NCBI GenBank assembly: GCA_021786315.1 | Contig: JAJYNN010000002.1 | Location: forward strand, 31,370 to 95,369 | Source: a bacterium | GTDB taxonomy: Bacteria; Patescibacteriota; Microgenomatia; Daviesbacterales; UBA10151 | DNA: 64,000 nt | Direction of reading: 5' to 3' | Shown here: piece by piece, positions 19,386 to 28,288 of the stretch | Position numbering within the stretch: the first letter of the stretch is position 1 | Layout of the letters: the number at the start of each line of letters is the position of its first letter | Made by a program: the position numbers and the translations under genes | Notes under the pieces: generated by a model | Database searches by the model: none | Told to the model about the DNA's origin: nothing | Seen by the model: only the letters and a program-made list of their open reading frames with translations

Positions 19386-20201
19386 TTATCTTTTAATAGC
19401 TTTTATCCAGCTCTCAAGCCCGCCCCAACCGGAGATTAAATATTGCTGGAAGATACCTAAAATTGTCATAGTGTTCCAGTAAAGGGCAAGCCCTGCGGGA
19501 AGCTGGAAAGCAAAGTAGCCAATCATAACCGGCATCATGTACATCATCTGACCCTGGACAGCTGCCATAGCGTCATCAGTGCTCTCTTTTTCCTTCTTTT
19601 CCTTAGGGGAATCAGACTTGTAGGTTTTTAGTGGTTTAGGCGACATCATCTTTGACTGCAGGAAGGTCATAGCGGCTGTAAACAGGGGAATAAGGAGTAG
19701 CATTCCGGTGGTGGGCTTAGTGGCTAAATTTAACCCAAAGAAACTTAAATCGGGAGTGGAGTTAAAATGCAGCCAGGGAAGATATAAGGCATTATTAATC
19801 CTTTCCAAACCTGAAGCTCCCGAAAAGAAAGCAAAAATTGTTTGGTAAAGGGCAATAAGTACAGGGAACTGGATTAAGGTTGGTAAACATCCTCCAGCCG
19901 GATTAACCCCATGTTCTTTATATAGGGCCATCTGGGCGGAAGCCAAGGCTTGTTTATCATCTTTGTGTTTTTCTTTTAAGGCATCCAGGTGAGGCTTTAA
20001 ATCCTGCATTTTTTTGGCGCTTTTTAACTGTGACCCCATAAACGGCCAAACCAACAAACGGATTAAAACTGTCAATAGAATAATTGATATACCAAAAGCG
20101 CCCGGGAAATGGATAGCCTCCAAAGCGTGCAAAATCATCGCCAAAAGGTTGACCACCGGTCCAAAGAATATTAAGTTAAAGATTTCGCCGATTATCTGCA
20201 T
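19386..20201 (-). CDS. yidC: Membrane protein insertase YidC
   Basis: SIILLTVLIRLLVWP, LYKEHGVNPAGGCLP.LIQFP, LPAGLALYW. Confidence 0.96.
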   Translation of the reverse strand: MQIIGEIFNLIFFGPVVNLLAMILHALEAIHFPGAFGISIILLTVLIRLLVWPFMGSQLKSAKKMQDLKPHLDALKEKHKDDKQALASAQMALYKEHGVNPAGGCLPTLIQFPVLIALYQTIFAFFSGASGLERINNALYLPWLHFNSTPDLSFFGLNLATKPTTGMLLLIPLFTAAMTFLQSKMMSPKPLKTYKSDSPKEKKEKESTDDAMAAVQGQMMYMMPVMIGYFAFQLPAGLALYWNTMTILGIFQQYLISGWGGLESWIKAIKR

Positions 20202-20392
20202 GAAATTACTCTCCTTATTCCTTTATAAACTCCGATAAGGATACCATACTTTTCTACCATTTGTTTAGTGTATTCCGAGCAGGTAGGGGATTGTTTACAC
20301 GCCCCGCCCGGAGCGAAAATGGCCAATACCCCCCGGTCAAACGAGAGATAAATTTGGTAAAAGCTAATTAGTTTTATGACTATCTTCTTCAT
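20192..20392 (-). CDS. yidD: Membrane protein insertion efficiency factor YidD
   Basis: C..SPTCSEY...KYG...G..RVISC; synteny rnpA-yidD-yidC. Confidence 0.9.
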   Translation of the reverse strand: MKKIVIKLISFYQIYLSFDRGVLAIFAPGGACKQSPTCSEYTKQMVEKYGILIGVYKGIRRVISCR

Positions 20393-20723
20393 TTTTTTTT
20401 ATCCTTTTTAAAAGATCGTCCAAAGCATCTGTAATCTCTTTCGGGTTCGCTTTTAAAACATTTGCCTGGGGCATTGCCACAATATTTATTTTTTCAGGAA
20501 GAGTAGTATACAAAGCTTCGAAACCTGTGGAAATTAATCTTCTTGCCCGGTTCCTCTCGGTAGCTTTTTTAAAAGTAGATTTGGATAAAGCAATGCCAAC
20601 TCTTGGGGTTTTATTATCTCCAAACCTAATAAACAACTTAACCAAACTGTTGGCTTCTTTTCTTCCTGATGCTACCCATGAAAAATCTTTTTTCAGATTT
20701 AGCCTCTTGTTCCTGGATAACAT
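20364..20723 (-). CDS. rnpA: Ribonuclease P protein component
   Basis: RVGIALSK...KATERNRARR (RNR motif); synteny. Confidence 0.93.
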   Translation of the reverse strand: MLSRNKRLNLKKDFSWVASGRKEANSLVKLFIRFGDNKTPRVGIALSKSTFKKATERNRARRLISTGFEALYTTLPEKINIVAMPQANVLKANPKEITDALDDLLKRIKKNEEDSHKTN

Positions 20724-20861
20724 TTATATGGAAAGTCTTGCCCTGCCTTTGGCACGTCTTCTCTTCAAGACATTTTGACCATCAGTAGTGGCCATTCTCA
20801 ACATAAAGCCGTGGGCTCTTTGTCTTTTTACTTTTTTCGGTTGGTATGTTCTCTTTGGCAT
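20724..20861 (-). CDS. rpmH: 50S ribosomal protein L34 (not in the ORF track)
   Basis: Manual translation [45 protein letters not shown]. Confidence 0.97.
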   Translation of the reverse strand: MPKRTYQPKKVKRQRAHGFMLRMATTDGQNVLKRRRAKGRARLSI

Positions 20862-20933
20862 ACCAGTGAATTTTAAAGGTATTTAGCCAAAAAGGCAAGC
20901 TACTTATAAAAAGAATTTAAATTTTTCTGTTTT

Positions 20934-21458
20934 TTATTTTTTCTTAGTCAAAAACTGCAGTTCGTCGGTACTCAGTTCTGCCGCAACTTTTCCGCCAAAG
21001 GCATTAATCAGTAGCACCCGACATCTTCCCCGGGAATCAAGTTCCCGGTCATAAATAGCATCTAACCCTTCAAAAGGGCCAGAGACAACCTTTACATATT
21101 CCTCAGGGGAAAAGTGCGGAGAAAAGCGACGGTTTAGTTTATTTACCCTTTCTCTAACTCCTTCGACCACTAGCTCATCTATAGGAGTTGGCTCTGCTCC
21201 CTTAAGAAGAACATATTGGACTCCCGGAGCCGAACGGCTTCTTATATAATCCGGATCGCCCTTAAGATTTACAAAAATATAACCTGGAAAGAAAGGCTCA
21301 CTTTTATGAGAATTTTTCATCAGTAAAGGAAGGTAAACATCAACACCCAACGTCATTAGTAGTGTTGCTACCGGGAGTTCTACCCGGGGTTTAGTTCTAT
21401 ACACATACCAGTTAGGAACCTCAATCATGCTTGGGGATTTTACCATTTTTAGGCACAA
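20934..21458 (-). CDS. NusG-family paralog, RfaH-like
   Basis: WYVYRTKP, EPFFPGYIFV, KOW motif VKVVSGPFEGL; start uncertain. Confidence 0.82.
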   Translation of the reverse strand: MCLKMVKSPSMIEVPNWYVYRTKPRVELPVATLLMTLGVDVYLPLLMKNSHKSEPFFPGYIFVNLKGDPDYIRSRSAPGVQYVLLKGAEPTPIDELVVEGVRERVNKLNRRFSPHFSPEEYVKVVSGPFEGLDAIYDRELDSRGRCRVLLINAFGGKVAAELSTDELQFLTKKK

Positions 21459-21515
21459 TTTCCAAATTAATTGACCTTACTTGATATATTTCGAAACACT
21501 TTCTCCCTCTTTTTT

Positions 21516-21554
21516 TGTGGATAACTTTTGCACTAACATTGTCCCTGTGGAAAA
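21516..21554. promoter_or_regulatory. DnaA boxes upstream of dnaA
   Basis: TGTGGATAA (perfect box, reverse) at 21516-21524; TGTGGAAAA at 21546-21554. Confidence 0.8.
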
Positions 21555-21561
21555 GTAAAAT

Positions 21562-22887
21562 ATGGACAAGAATTGGTCGAAAGTTTTAGATAAGGTGCGT
21601 GATCAGGTTTCATACGTCAACTTTAAAGGGTGGCTCAATCCTTTATCTGCCGAGTTAAATGACAACGAACTGACTATCTTCGCACCTTCTGCCTTTGTTA
21701 AGGAAACGGTTTCCAGCCGTTATTTATCCCTACTGGAACCAGCCATTAAGGAAATCTATGGTGAAAATACCACCTTTTCTATTAAGGTTGACCCCAACAA
21801 AAATACTCCCAAGGAAGTTGTAGAGAGCGAGCCGGAAGAAATTTTTACCCCTGACATCCCATCACCGATGACTTTTGGATTAAATCCCAAATACACCCTG
21901 AGTAACTTTGTAGTGGGATTATCCAACAACCTGGCTTACGCGGCCGCCCAAGCTGTCGCTCAAAATCCCGGCACCAGCTACAACCCTCTCTTTATCTACG
22001 GCGGCACCGGAGTAGGGAAGACTCATTTAATGCAGGCTGTGGGAAATGTTTTGCTGCAAAAAAGGCCGAATATAAAAATCATTTATTGTTCCTCGGAAAG
22101 GTTTATGAATGATCTGGTCCAAAGTATCCAAACCAAAAGGACCGGGGAATTCCGGGCCAAATACCGGGCTTGCGATCTTTTACTAATTGACGATGTTCAA
22201 TTTATCTCCGGCCGGGATTCTACCCAGGAAGAGTTTTTCCACACCTTTAATGAACTCCAGGCTAAAAACTCCCAAATTATCCTCACCTCCGACCGGCCGC
22301 CCCAGGAAATCCAAAAACTGGAACCCCGTCTCCAGTCCCGTTTTCAGGGTGGATTAATGGTGGATATCCAAAACCCTGACTTTGATACCCGTGTCGCCAT
22401 TTTAAAGGCCAAGTGTGCTGAGCGGGGGGAGATAGTTTCGGAAGATATCCTAACCTTAATTGCTGAAAGCATGCCCACTAATGCCCGTGAACTTGAAGGT
22501 AAGTTTATCCAGATCGTTCAGTCAGCCAAACTGTTAGGCCAGACATTAACTGATGAAGGAGTCAGGCGTTTCCTAGGTGCCCCCATCCAAACTACCCAAA
22601 AGATTGACCATAAAAAGGTTATCGGGGAGATTAACCATTATTTCAATATTAAGACGGCCGATTTAACCGGTCCCCGGCGTAAAAAGGAATTGGTTATGCC
22701 CCGGCAAATCACTATGTACTTGCTTTATGAAGAGTGCAAACTTCCCTACGAGCGAATAGGGGAGCTTTTAGGAGGCCGGGACCATACCACTATTATGCAC
22801 GGTGTGGAAAAGATTGGCGAAGCCATCAACCGTGACCGGGAGATCCAAAGGATGCTTATTGAAATTAAACAGGCTTTGCAAGGATAA
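21562..22887 (+). CDS. dnaA: Chromosomal replication initiator DnaA
   Basis: YNPLFIYGGTGVGKTHL, LLIDDVQF, QEEFFHTFN, GGRDHTT. Confidence 0.99.
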   Translation: MDKNWSKVLDKVRDQVSYVNFKGWLNPLSAELNDNELTIFAPSAFVKETVSSRYLSLLEPAIKEIYGENTTFSIKVDPNKNTPKEVVESEPEEIFTPDIPSPMTFGLNPKYTLSNFVVGLSNNLAYAAAQAVAQNPGTSYNPLFIYGGTGVGKTHLMQAVGNVLLQKRPNIKIIYCSSERFMNDLVQSIQTKRTGEFRAKYRACDLLLIDDVQFISGRDSTQEEFFHTFNELQAKNSQIILTSDRPPQEIQKLEPRLQSRFQGGLMVDIQNPDFDTRVAILKAKCAERGEIVSEDILTLIAESMPTNARELEGKFIQIVQSAKLLGQTLTDEGVRRFLGAPIQTTQKIDHKKVIGEINHYFNIKTADLTGPRRKKELVMPRQITMYLLYEECKLPYERIGELLGGRDHTTIMHGVEKIGEAINRDREIQRMLIEIKQALQG

Positions 22888-22894
22888 TGGAGTG

Positions 22895-23085
22895 GGGGTT
22901 ATCCACACTATGCACAAGGATATCCACAAAGTTATCCACAAGTGCACAAGGTGTTTTACACACGAAGAAGGGGCGAAACGCGTGGGTAAAATGAGCTTAT
23001 TATCCCCTTATCAACCGGCCCTAATAATATAACTACTGTTTATAAATATAACAGGGATGTTCTACGGAACATGTGGACAACTGAT
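22895..23085. other. Replication origin oriC
   Basis: Perfect TTATCCACA at 22899 and 22932; near-matches at 22908, 22920, 23000, 23008 and 23072 (reverse); GGCCC then TAA TAA TAT AAC TAC trios and an AT-rich tract; + strand appears to change from C-rich to G-rich here (by eye). Confidence 0.9.
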
Positions 23086-23090
23086 AAATA

Positions 23091-23543
23091 ATGAATAACG
23101 AGCTGGTCTATATTTTATTTGGCATTCTTGCTTTAATAATCGCCTATTTATTAGGAAGGTTACATAATAAACGTTCGGAAAATATTCCGACGGATTTAAT
23201 TGACCTTTATAAAGGAGTTCAGGATTTACCAACTAGAGTCCTACAAACCATCCAGGGTTCGATTAACCCCCAAAAGGGAAAGATGGCGGAACTTCTAACT
23301 TATGCGGAATTACGGTATGACTATGACCGGATTGTGCCTTTAGGGTGGCCGATTGACTTTGTGGGAATTAAGAATAATGAACGGATAGATTTTATTGAGG
23401 TGAAGTCTGGGAACTTTCCCACCTTGACAGAAGAGGAAAAACACATTAAAAACCTAATACAAACCGGAAGAGTCCATTTTCGGTTAATTAAGGTTTCTGA
23501 AGAAGAGGTTCACCGTTTAGTTTCTGCCCGAAAGGAAGAATAA
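23091..23543 (+). CDS. Membrane-anchored PD-(D/E)XK endonuclease related to archaeal Holliday-junction resolvases
   Basis: N-terminal TM; KGKMAE, LGWPIDFVG, IDFIEVKSG, LTEEEKHIK. Confidence 0.75.
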   Translation: MNNELVYILFGILALIIAYLLGRLHNKRSENIPTDLIDLYKGVQDLPTRVLQTIQGSINPQKGKMAELLTYAELRYDYDRIVPLGWPIDFVGIKNNERIDFIEVKSGNFPTLTEEEKHIKNLIQTGRVHFRLIKVSEEEVHRLVSARKEE

Positions 23544-23605
23544 ATTTAGGGCTACCTTTTGACTTTGTCAAAACGATCCTGTAATTTTTGAAGACAAAAA
23601 TTATG
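23542..23605 (+). repeat. CTAC/GATC hairpin motif, copy 2 (abuts the dnaN start codon)
   Basis: AAATTTAGGGCTACC-TTTTGAC-TTT-GTCAAAA-CGATCCTGTAATTTTTGAAGACAAAAATT-ATG. Confidence 0.85.
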
Positions 23606-24703
23606 AAATTTTCAATCCTACAACAAGATTTAATGCCGGCTTTATCCGCAGTTGCCCGTTCATCCGGAGTCCGGGCCCAATTACCTGTTCTAAGTAATAT
23701 ACTTTTACAAACAGAAGCAGGTAGGCTTAAACTTTCAGCCACTAACTTAGAGGTTGGGGTGGTAAAGTATGTCAAGGCGGAGATAGTTGAGGAAGGCGAG
23801 GTAACGGTTCCCGCCAAGACTTTGGTTGAGGTAGTGGCAAATTTATCCGGAGAAAAAATCGAGTTTTCCACAGCCTCCGATATTCTGGAAGTGGTTACTC
23901 CCAGTTTTTCCTCTAAGATTTCCGGTATTTCAGCCAGCGAATTTCCCACCATTCCTTTAACAGGTAAAGAGGCGGTGGTGATTGAGGCGCCGTTAATTTC
24001 TAAGTCGTTACCTCAGGTAGTATTTTCAGCAGCTGTAGATGACGGCCGGCCGATATTGACCGGAATTTTAACCGAGATTAAGGATGGGAATTTACGGTTA
24101 GTGGCCACGGATGGATATAGGCTGGCTCATAAAATAGTTCCAACCCCTAAAGATATCTCTTTTAAAGCCTTGGTTCCCCGAAGGACTTTTGAAGAAATAG
24201 TCAGGCTTATCTCTGAGGAGGAGACAGACCAGGTTAAGATTTCAGTTTCCGACGATCAAAACCAGGTGGTTTTTAGTTTTGGGAATACCGAATTTTCTTC
24301 CAGGTTGATTGAGGGGCAGTTTCCGGCATGGGAAAAGATTATTCCTTCTGAGCCCAAAGCCCGGGTTGTGGTTGATAAAAATGAAATCCTGAAGGCGGTT
24401 AAATTAGCCTCGGTATTTGCCAGGAATGAAGCTAATATAGTGAAACTGCAAAACTTACCCGGAAAGTTACTACTGACTTCCGAGGCTAAAGAGGTGGGTC
24501 AGCAAAAGAAAGAAGTTGAGGCTCAGGTTGAAGGGGAAGAGGTGCAAATTGCTTTCAATACTAAATTTTTACTGGATGTTTTATCAGCTATAAGTTCTTC
24601 CCAGGTAATTATTGAGCTCTCCGGTAATCTTTCGGCAGCATTGTTTAAACCAATGGGGGATGAGGGGTTGGAATATATTGTGATGCCGGTAAACTTAAGC
24701 TAG
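23603..24703 (+). CDS. dnaN: DNA polymerase III beta clamp
   Basis: LPVLSNILL, SATNLE, RPILTG, VATDGYRLA, SRLIEGQFP, YIVMPV. Confidence 0.98.
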   Translation: MKFSILQQDLMPALSAVARSSGVRAQLPVLSNILLQTEAGRLKLSATNLEVGVVKYVKAEIVEEGEVTVPAKTLVEVVANLSGEKIEFSTASDILEVVTPSFSSKISGISASEFPTIPLTGKEAVVIEAPLISKSLPQVVFSAAVDDGRPILTGILTEIKDGNLRLVATDGYRLAHKIVPTPKDISFKALVPRRTFEEIVRLISEEETDQVKISVSDDQNQVVFSFGNTEFSSRLIEGQFPAWEKIIPSEPKARVVVDKNEILKAVKLASVFARNEANIVKLQNLPGKLLLTSEAKEVGQQKKEVEAQVEGEEVQIAFNTKFLLDVLSAISSSQVIIELSGNLSAALFKPMGDEGLEYIVMPVNLS

Positions 24704-25168
24704 CTATACACCCTTGTACTCGATGGTTTTAAAGTGGTAGTTATAATCCCGGTCTAATTTTTTCCCGCCGTCAAACTTGGTATCGTTTTTATAGATAAAT
24801 AAAGTATAAGTGGTGCCTAAAGCGAAGGTGGAAGTGGGAATGATTTTAGCTGTCTTTTTATCGTCGGAAAGTTTAATGGTGTATCCTACTGCAGGCTCTA
24901 TTTTGTGTTTAAGTTCGTCTTTATTTTCCAAAGGCAGGTTAAAAGTAATTTCTATATCTTGAGTGGGTAAAATAATGGCGTTGTCTAAAGCTTCCGGGTT
25001 GGTGGAGATAATTTTGCCGTATTCAGGTGCTACAGAAATATTTTGCTGTTGCAACTTTGGGGAAGAATGTGATGGCGAGCTATAAAGCCCTTGTTTAAAA
25101 ATCAGGATTAATACAGCTCCGATTATGGTGGCTGCGGCAATAATTTTTTGTTTAAAACTTAAGGACAT
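24704..25168 (-). CDS. Membrane-anchored Ig-like (Big_5-type) domain protein
   Basis: TM, then ISTNP...IEITFNLPL...FALGTTYTL...YHFKT. Confidence 0.7.
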   Translation of the reverse strand: MSLSFKQKIIAAATIIGAVLILIFKQGLYSSPSHSSPKLQQQNISVAPEYGKIISTNPEALDNAIILPTQDIEITFNLPLENKDELKHKIEPAVGYTIKLSDDKKTAKIIPTSTFALGTTYTLFIYKNDTKFDGGKKLDRDYNYHFKTIEYKGV

Positions 25169-25174
25169 ATTATT

Positions 25175-25909
25175 TTATTCCGGTTTTATCTCCCAGGTTA
25201 TATTGTACACCGATAAATCTATGCCCAGGTTGGTAAGTCTGGTTTTAATTTCATTTTGCATATTTGCAATCTGGTCATTAATTGAAGTGGAGGAGGAAGT
25301 CTGGGGATAAAGTTTTCCGATAAAATGGGGGTCTCCTTGGTTTGTCGTAAAGTAGACAAAATATTCCTTCTCCTCTAAAGGAAGGCTAAGGAACCAGGGA
25401 TATTTTTGTATAAACTGGTCTCTTTGCTCGGCAACTTGCTGGTCAGCTTGAAGTTGAAGTTTTGTTTGATCTTGGGAAGTAGCTTTCTCGACAGGCACGG
25501 TGGTAAATGTCCAGGAATGGGTTAGGCCAAGATAGATTAACTTGGCAATATATTTTTGGTTTGGATTAAGGGGTTTGGGTAAATCTAAGGAAAGGATTTT
25601 ATTGTCGGAAGACCAATTGGTGCTACCGGTAATGTCAGGAAGAATTGTGATGGATGTAGTATTTTTTTCTGTCTCAGTAAGTGAGCGGGAGAAATTAACC
25701 TGAATTTTAGGGAAAAGGCTGATATTGGTACTGTTAGGGGAGGGGTAAGCTGATGTAATTGTTATGCTTGGCTGGGTGGTGGGGGTTGGGGATTGAAACT
25801 GGATAAGATCCCTAGGCTTTTGGGTCTTTTTAAATAATGGGGAGATAAAAGAAACCACTATAAGGGCTAGAAGCAGAAAAACTCCTAAAATTAAAAAATA
25901 CTTTTTCAT
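25175..25909 (-). CDS. Membrane-anchored Ig-like (Big_5-type) domain protein
   Basis: TM, then SAYPSPNSTN...IQVNFSRSL...LNPNQKY...WTFTT. Confidence 0.7.
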   Translation of the reverse strand: MKKYFLILGVFLLLALIVVSFISPLFKKTQKPRDLIQFQSPTPTTQPSITITSAYPSPNSTNISLFPKIQVNFSRSLTETEKNTTSITILPDITGSTNWSSDNKILSLDLPKPLNPNQKYIAKLIYLGLTHSWTFTTVPVEKATSQDQTKLQLQADQQVAEQRDQFIQKYPWFLSLPLEEKEYFVYFTTNQGDPHFIGKLYPQTSSSTSINDQIANMQNEIKTRLTNLGIDLSVYNITWEIKPE

Positions 25910-28288
25910 TTAAATATGTCCTCCAAAACCGGTAATTTTCTCATCGGGATTAAAGTTATTTTGAATTTCCCAATTATCCACACTATATGTCCATCCGGTA
26001 TATTTACCAGCATTTGAATCATAGGTGGTTATATGACCAGTCCCGGTTGTTTTATCGACTGTGTTTTCTTTAACAATTGAGACATGCTCATTATAAGTTG
26101 TCACACCTGGTTTTTCTTCTTGGAACATGGCAAAACCCGGTTGGACATCTTTTAGAACCTGATGGTTTTGTTGATAATCGAGATAAATATAACCCAAAGA
26201 GGAAGATTTTTTCCAGAAGTTTTCCATATTAACTACCAAACCATGAACAGCTTTATCCAACCCTGAAAAACCAGCTAGATTGAAGGAGTCAATTACCAGG
26301 TATGTACAGGCATAGTTATTACTAGCTGCGGCAGTGTAACCATTATTTGTGATAGGAGAAAGGAGAATACTGCTGGATTTTTTATCGAAATTGTTAATAA
26401 TTGTCTGAGTCCATTGCAGAATATTATCCAATAAACCTCCGGAAGAAGCAGCGCTCTTACAGCCTTTGTAGCTGTTCCAGAGGTCGGAGCAGTAGCTGTA
26501 AGTTTGTCCGTTTTGGGAATACTCACATCCTCCATAGTAGGAGCTGGCTATTTGCCTTATTGTTGCCTCGTTATAAACAGGGTTTGTTCCGGCATCAAGT
26601 TTAGCCTTGATGGCGGTAGCTATAATTTCGTCCTTTATACTGTAGATCCGCATCTTATCTTCTGTTGTCTGCTTGTAAAGGGGATCATTAGGATCCTGGT
26701 ATCTTTTTTGGGTTATTTGGTTGCCTAATGGATTTGACAAATTCCCGTGATATTTATCAATAAAATCCCTACTTTTTACCCAAACGGGAATAAAACCTGT
26801 TTTTTCAGGGAACCTCTCTTTTAATTCATTGCTGTTGACTATATCAAGCCAAGTAGTGGGGGTGAATTGTGTGGCTCCAAAAGCTACCGGTTGTTGTGTG
26901 TCCTCGTCAAAAGAGTTGTGATCATCAAAATCATTCTCAAGATAGCTGGGATCATTGGTATAAAAACATTCCGGGCATTCGACCCGTAATATCCCCGCGA
27001 CGATAGATGGTGGGACTCCCACTCTTGAAGAAACATTATTAATAAGCTTTGGCCATTCGGGAGTTCTAAATTTTAATCCGGGAGTAGAATCCCCACCCCG
27101 GTAGAAAGTGCAGGAGGTTACATCTCCACTTGGGCTGACATTGTCGGGGTTACTAGAGGATCCACCCAAAAAGCCGAAGAATAGTATTATTCCAGCGAGA
27201 CCAAAAATAATACCGACAGCTGCCGGGCCTACCAGTCCAATTCGCAGCCAACTCAAAGGATTCAAATTAGAGCTAGAATGTTTATTGTTGTTATTCTTAG
27301 GAGTGTCTATATCAGGAAAGGTTTCTAACTCTCTAGGATTTTCTGATCCGCCTGCAATGGGCATAAGTACTCTCCCATTAGGCAAGATAAAATTAGAAAG
27401 ATCGACATCTGGTATCCCTAAATTAGATTGAGGTCTGGTGGGTCTTTGAAGAATAATATTTCCTGTAACTCTGCCTGATATTCCTCCAATGATAAAACCA
27501 AGCGCTGCTCCTGGTGGACCTCCCCAAAACAAACCTGCCGCTGCTCCTGCAGCTCCGCCTATAATTTCTCGGGGAAAGCGGGTAATAAGCCCGTGAAGTT
27601 TTCTTTGGCTATAGCTAACTGCATTTTTAATCGAAGATGGAGTTTCGAATTGCTTTAACCTTTGGATTATTGGATTCAACCTCTCTGAAAGTGTGGGTGA
27701 AGGGGCAGATGTAACACTTTCAGAAGATAGCGAACTTTCCTTAGGTGTTTCTTGCTTTTGGGATTGAGGTTGTTCTTCTTTGGCCTCGGTTGTTCTTTTG
27801 GAAGAAGACAATGTTAGTTCTTCTTTTTTGTCCTCTTCATTTATTCTTCTTTCAATCTCTTTTCGCCTGGCTCCATCGTCGTTAATATTATCCACCTCTT
27901 CCGGAATTAGATGGTTGGCTAGGAGAGGTTGTTGTTGCTCAGATCGGTTAACTGCTAAGGAGAATAGGTGTAATCTTTTCTCGTCATCAGAGTACTTAAC
28001 AAGGAAGGATTTAGAACTGTCAGGTGATTTTTTGCTGGAAAAGTATTCATTTTTATATTTTTGATCCATTCCTCCTGGAAGTTCAGATGAGACCATTGAA
28101 GCTGCATCCTGAAACATTTTTAAATAAAAGATTAAAGGTCGGCCTTGATACCTTATGGGCAGTCTGGCATCAATATAGCTGTCGATAAGTTTCCGTCCGC
28201 TTTCGGTTTGGTAGATTTTAAGAAACTGCTGGGCGTCTTTAATCTGATTAGGCCGGTATTTAGTAAAAAGATTGGTTAAATTAGCCAT
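25910..28288 (-). CDS. Membrane protein with SLT-like lytic transglycosylase and CHAP-like domains (VirB1/CwlT-like)
   Basis: VPPSIVAGILRVE (catalytic Glu), AFGATQFTPTTW; C-terminal ACTYLV..EHVSIV..YDSN (Cys-His-Asp). Confidence 0.7.
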   Translation of the reverse strand: MANLTNLFTKYRPNQIKDAQQFLKIYQTESGRKLIDSYIDARLPIRYQGRPLIFYLKMFQDAASMVSSELPGGMDQKYKNEYFSSKKSPDSSKSFLVKYSDDEKRLHLFSLAVNRSEQQQPLLANHLIPEEVDNINDDGARRKEIERRINEEDKKEELTLSSSKRTTEAKEEQPQSQKQETPKESSLSSESVTSAPSPTLSERLNPIIQRLKQFETPSSIKNAVSYSQRKLHGLITRFPREIIGGAAGAAAGLFWGGPPGAALGFIIGGISGRVTGNIILQRPTRPQSNLGIPDVDLSNFILPNGRVLMPIAGGSENPRELETFPDIDTPKNNNNKHSSSNLNPLSWLRIGLVGPAAVGIIFGLAGIILFFGFLGGSSSNPDNVSPSGDVTSCTFYRGGDSTPGLKFRTPEWPKLINNVSSRVGVPPSIVAGILRVECPECFYTNDPSYLENDFDDHNSFDEDTQQPVAFGATQFTPTTWLDIVNSNELKERFPEKTGFIPVWVKSRDFIDKYHGNLSNPLGNQITQKRYQDPNDPLYKQTTEDKMRIYSIKDEIIATAIKAKLDAGTNPVYNEATIRQIASSYYGGCEYSQNGQTYSYCSDLWNSYKGCKSAASSGGLLDNILQWTQTIINNFDKKSSSILLSPITNNGYTAAASNNYACTYLVIDSFNLAGFSGLDKAVHGLVVNMENFWKKSSSLGYIYLDYQQNHQVLKDVQPGFAMFQEEKPGVTTYNEHVSIVKENTVDKTTGTGHITTYDSNAGKYTGWTYSVDNWEIQNNFNPDEKITGFGGHI

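Noticed and set aside
26612-26620. GGCGGTAG ops-like sequences (also near 39221)
   Set aside because: They lie inside genes on the template strand rather than in a leader, so are probably chance matches.
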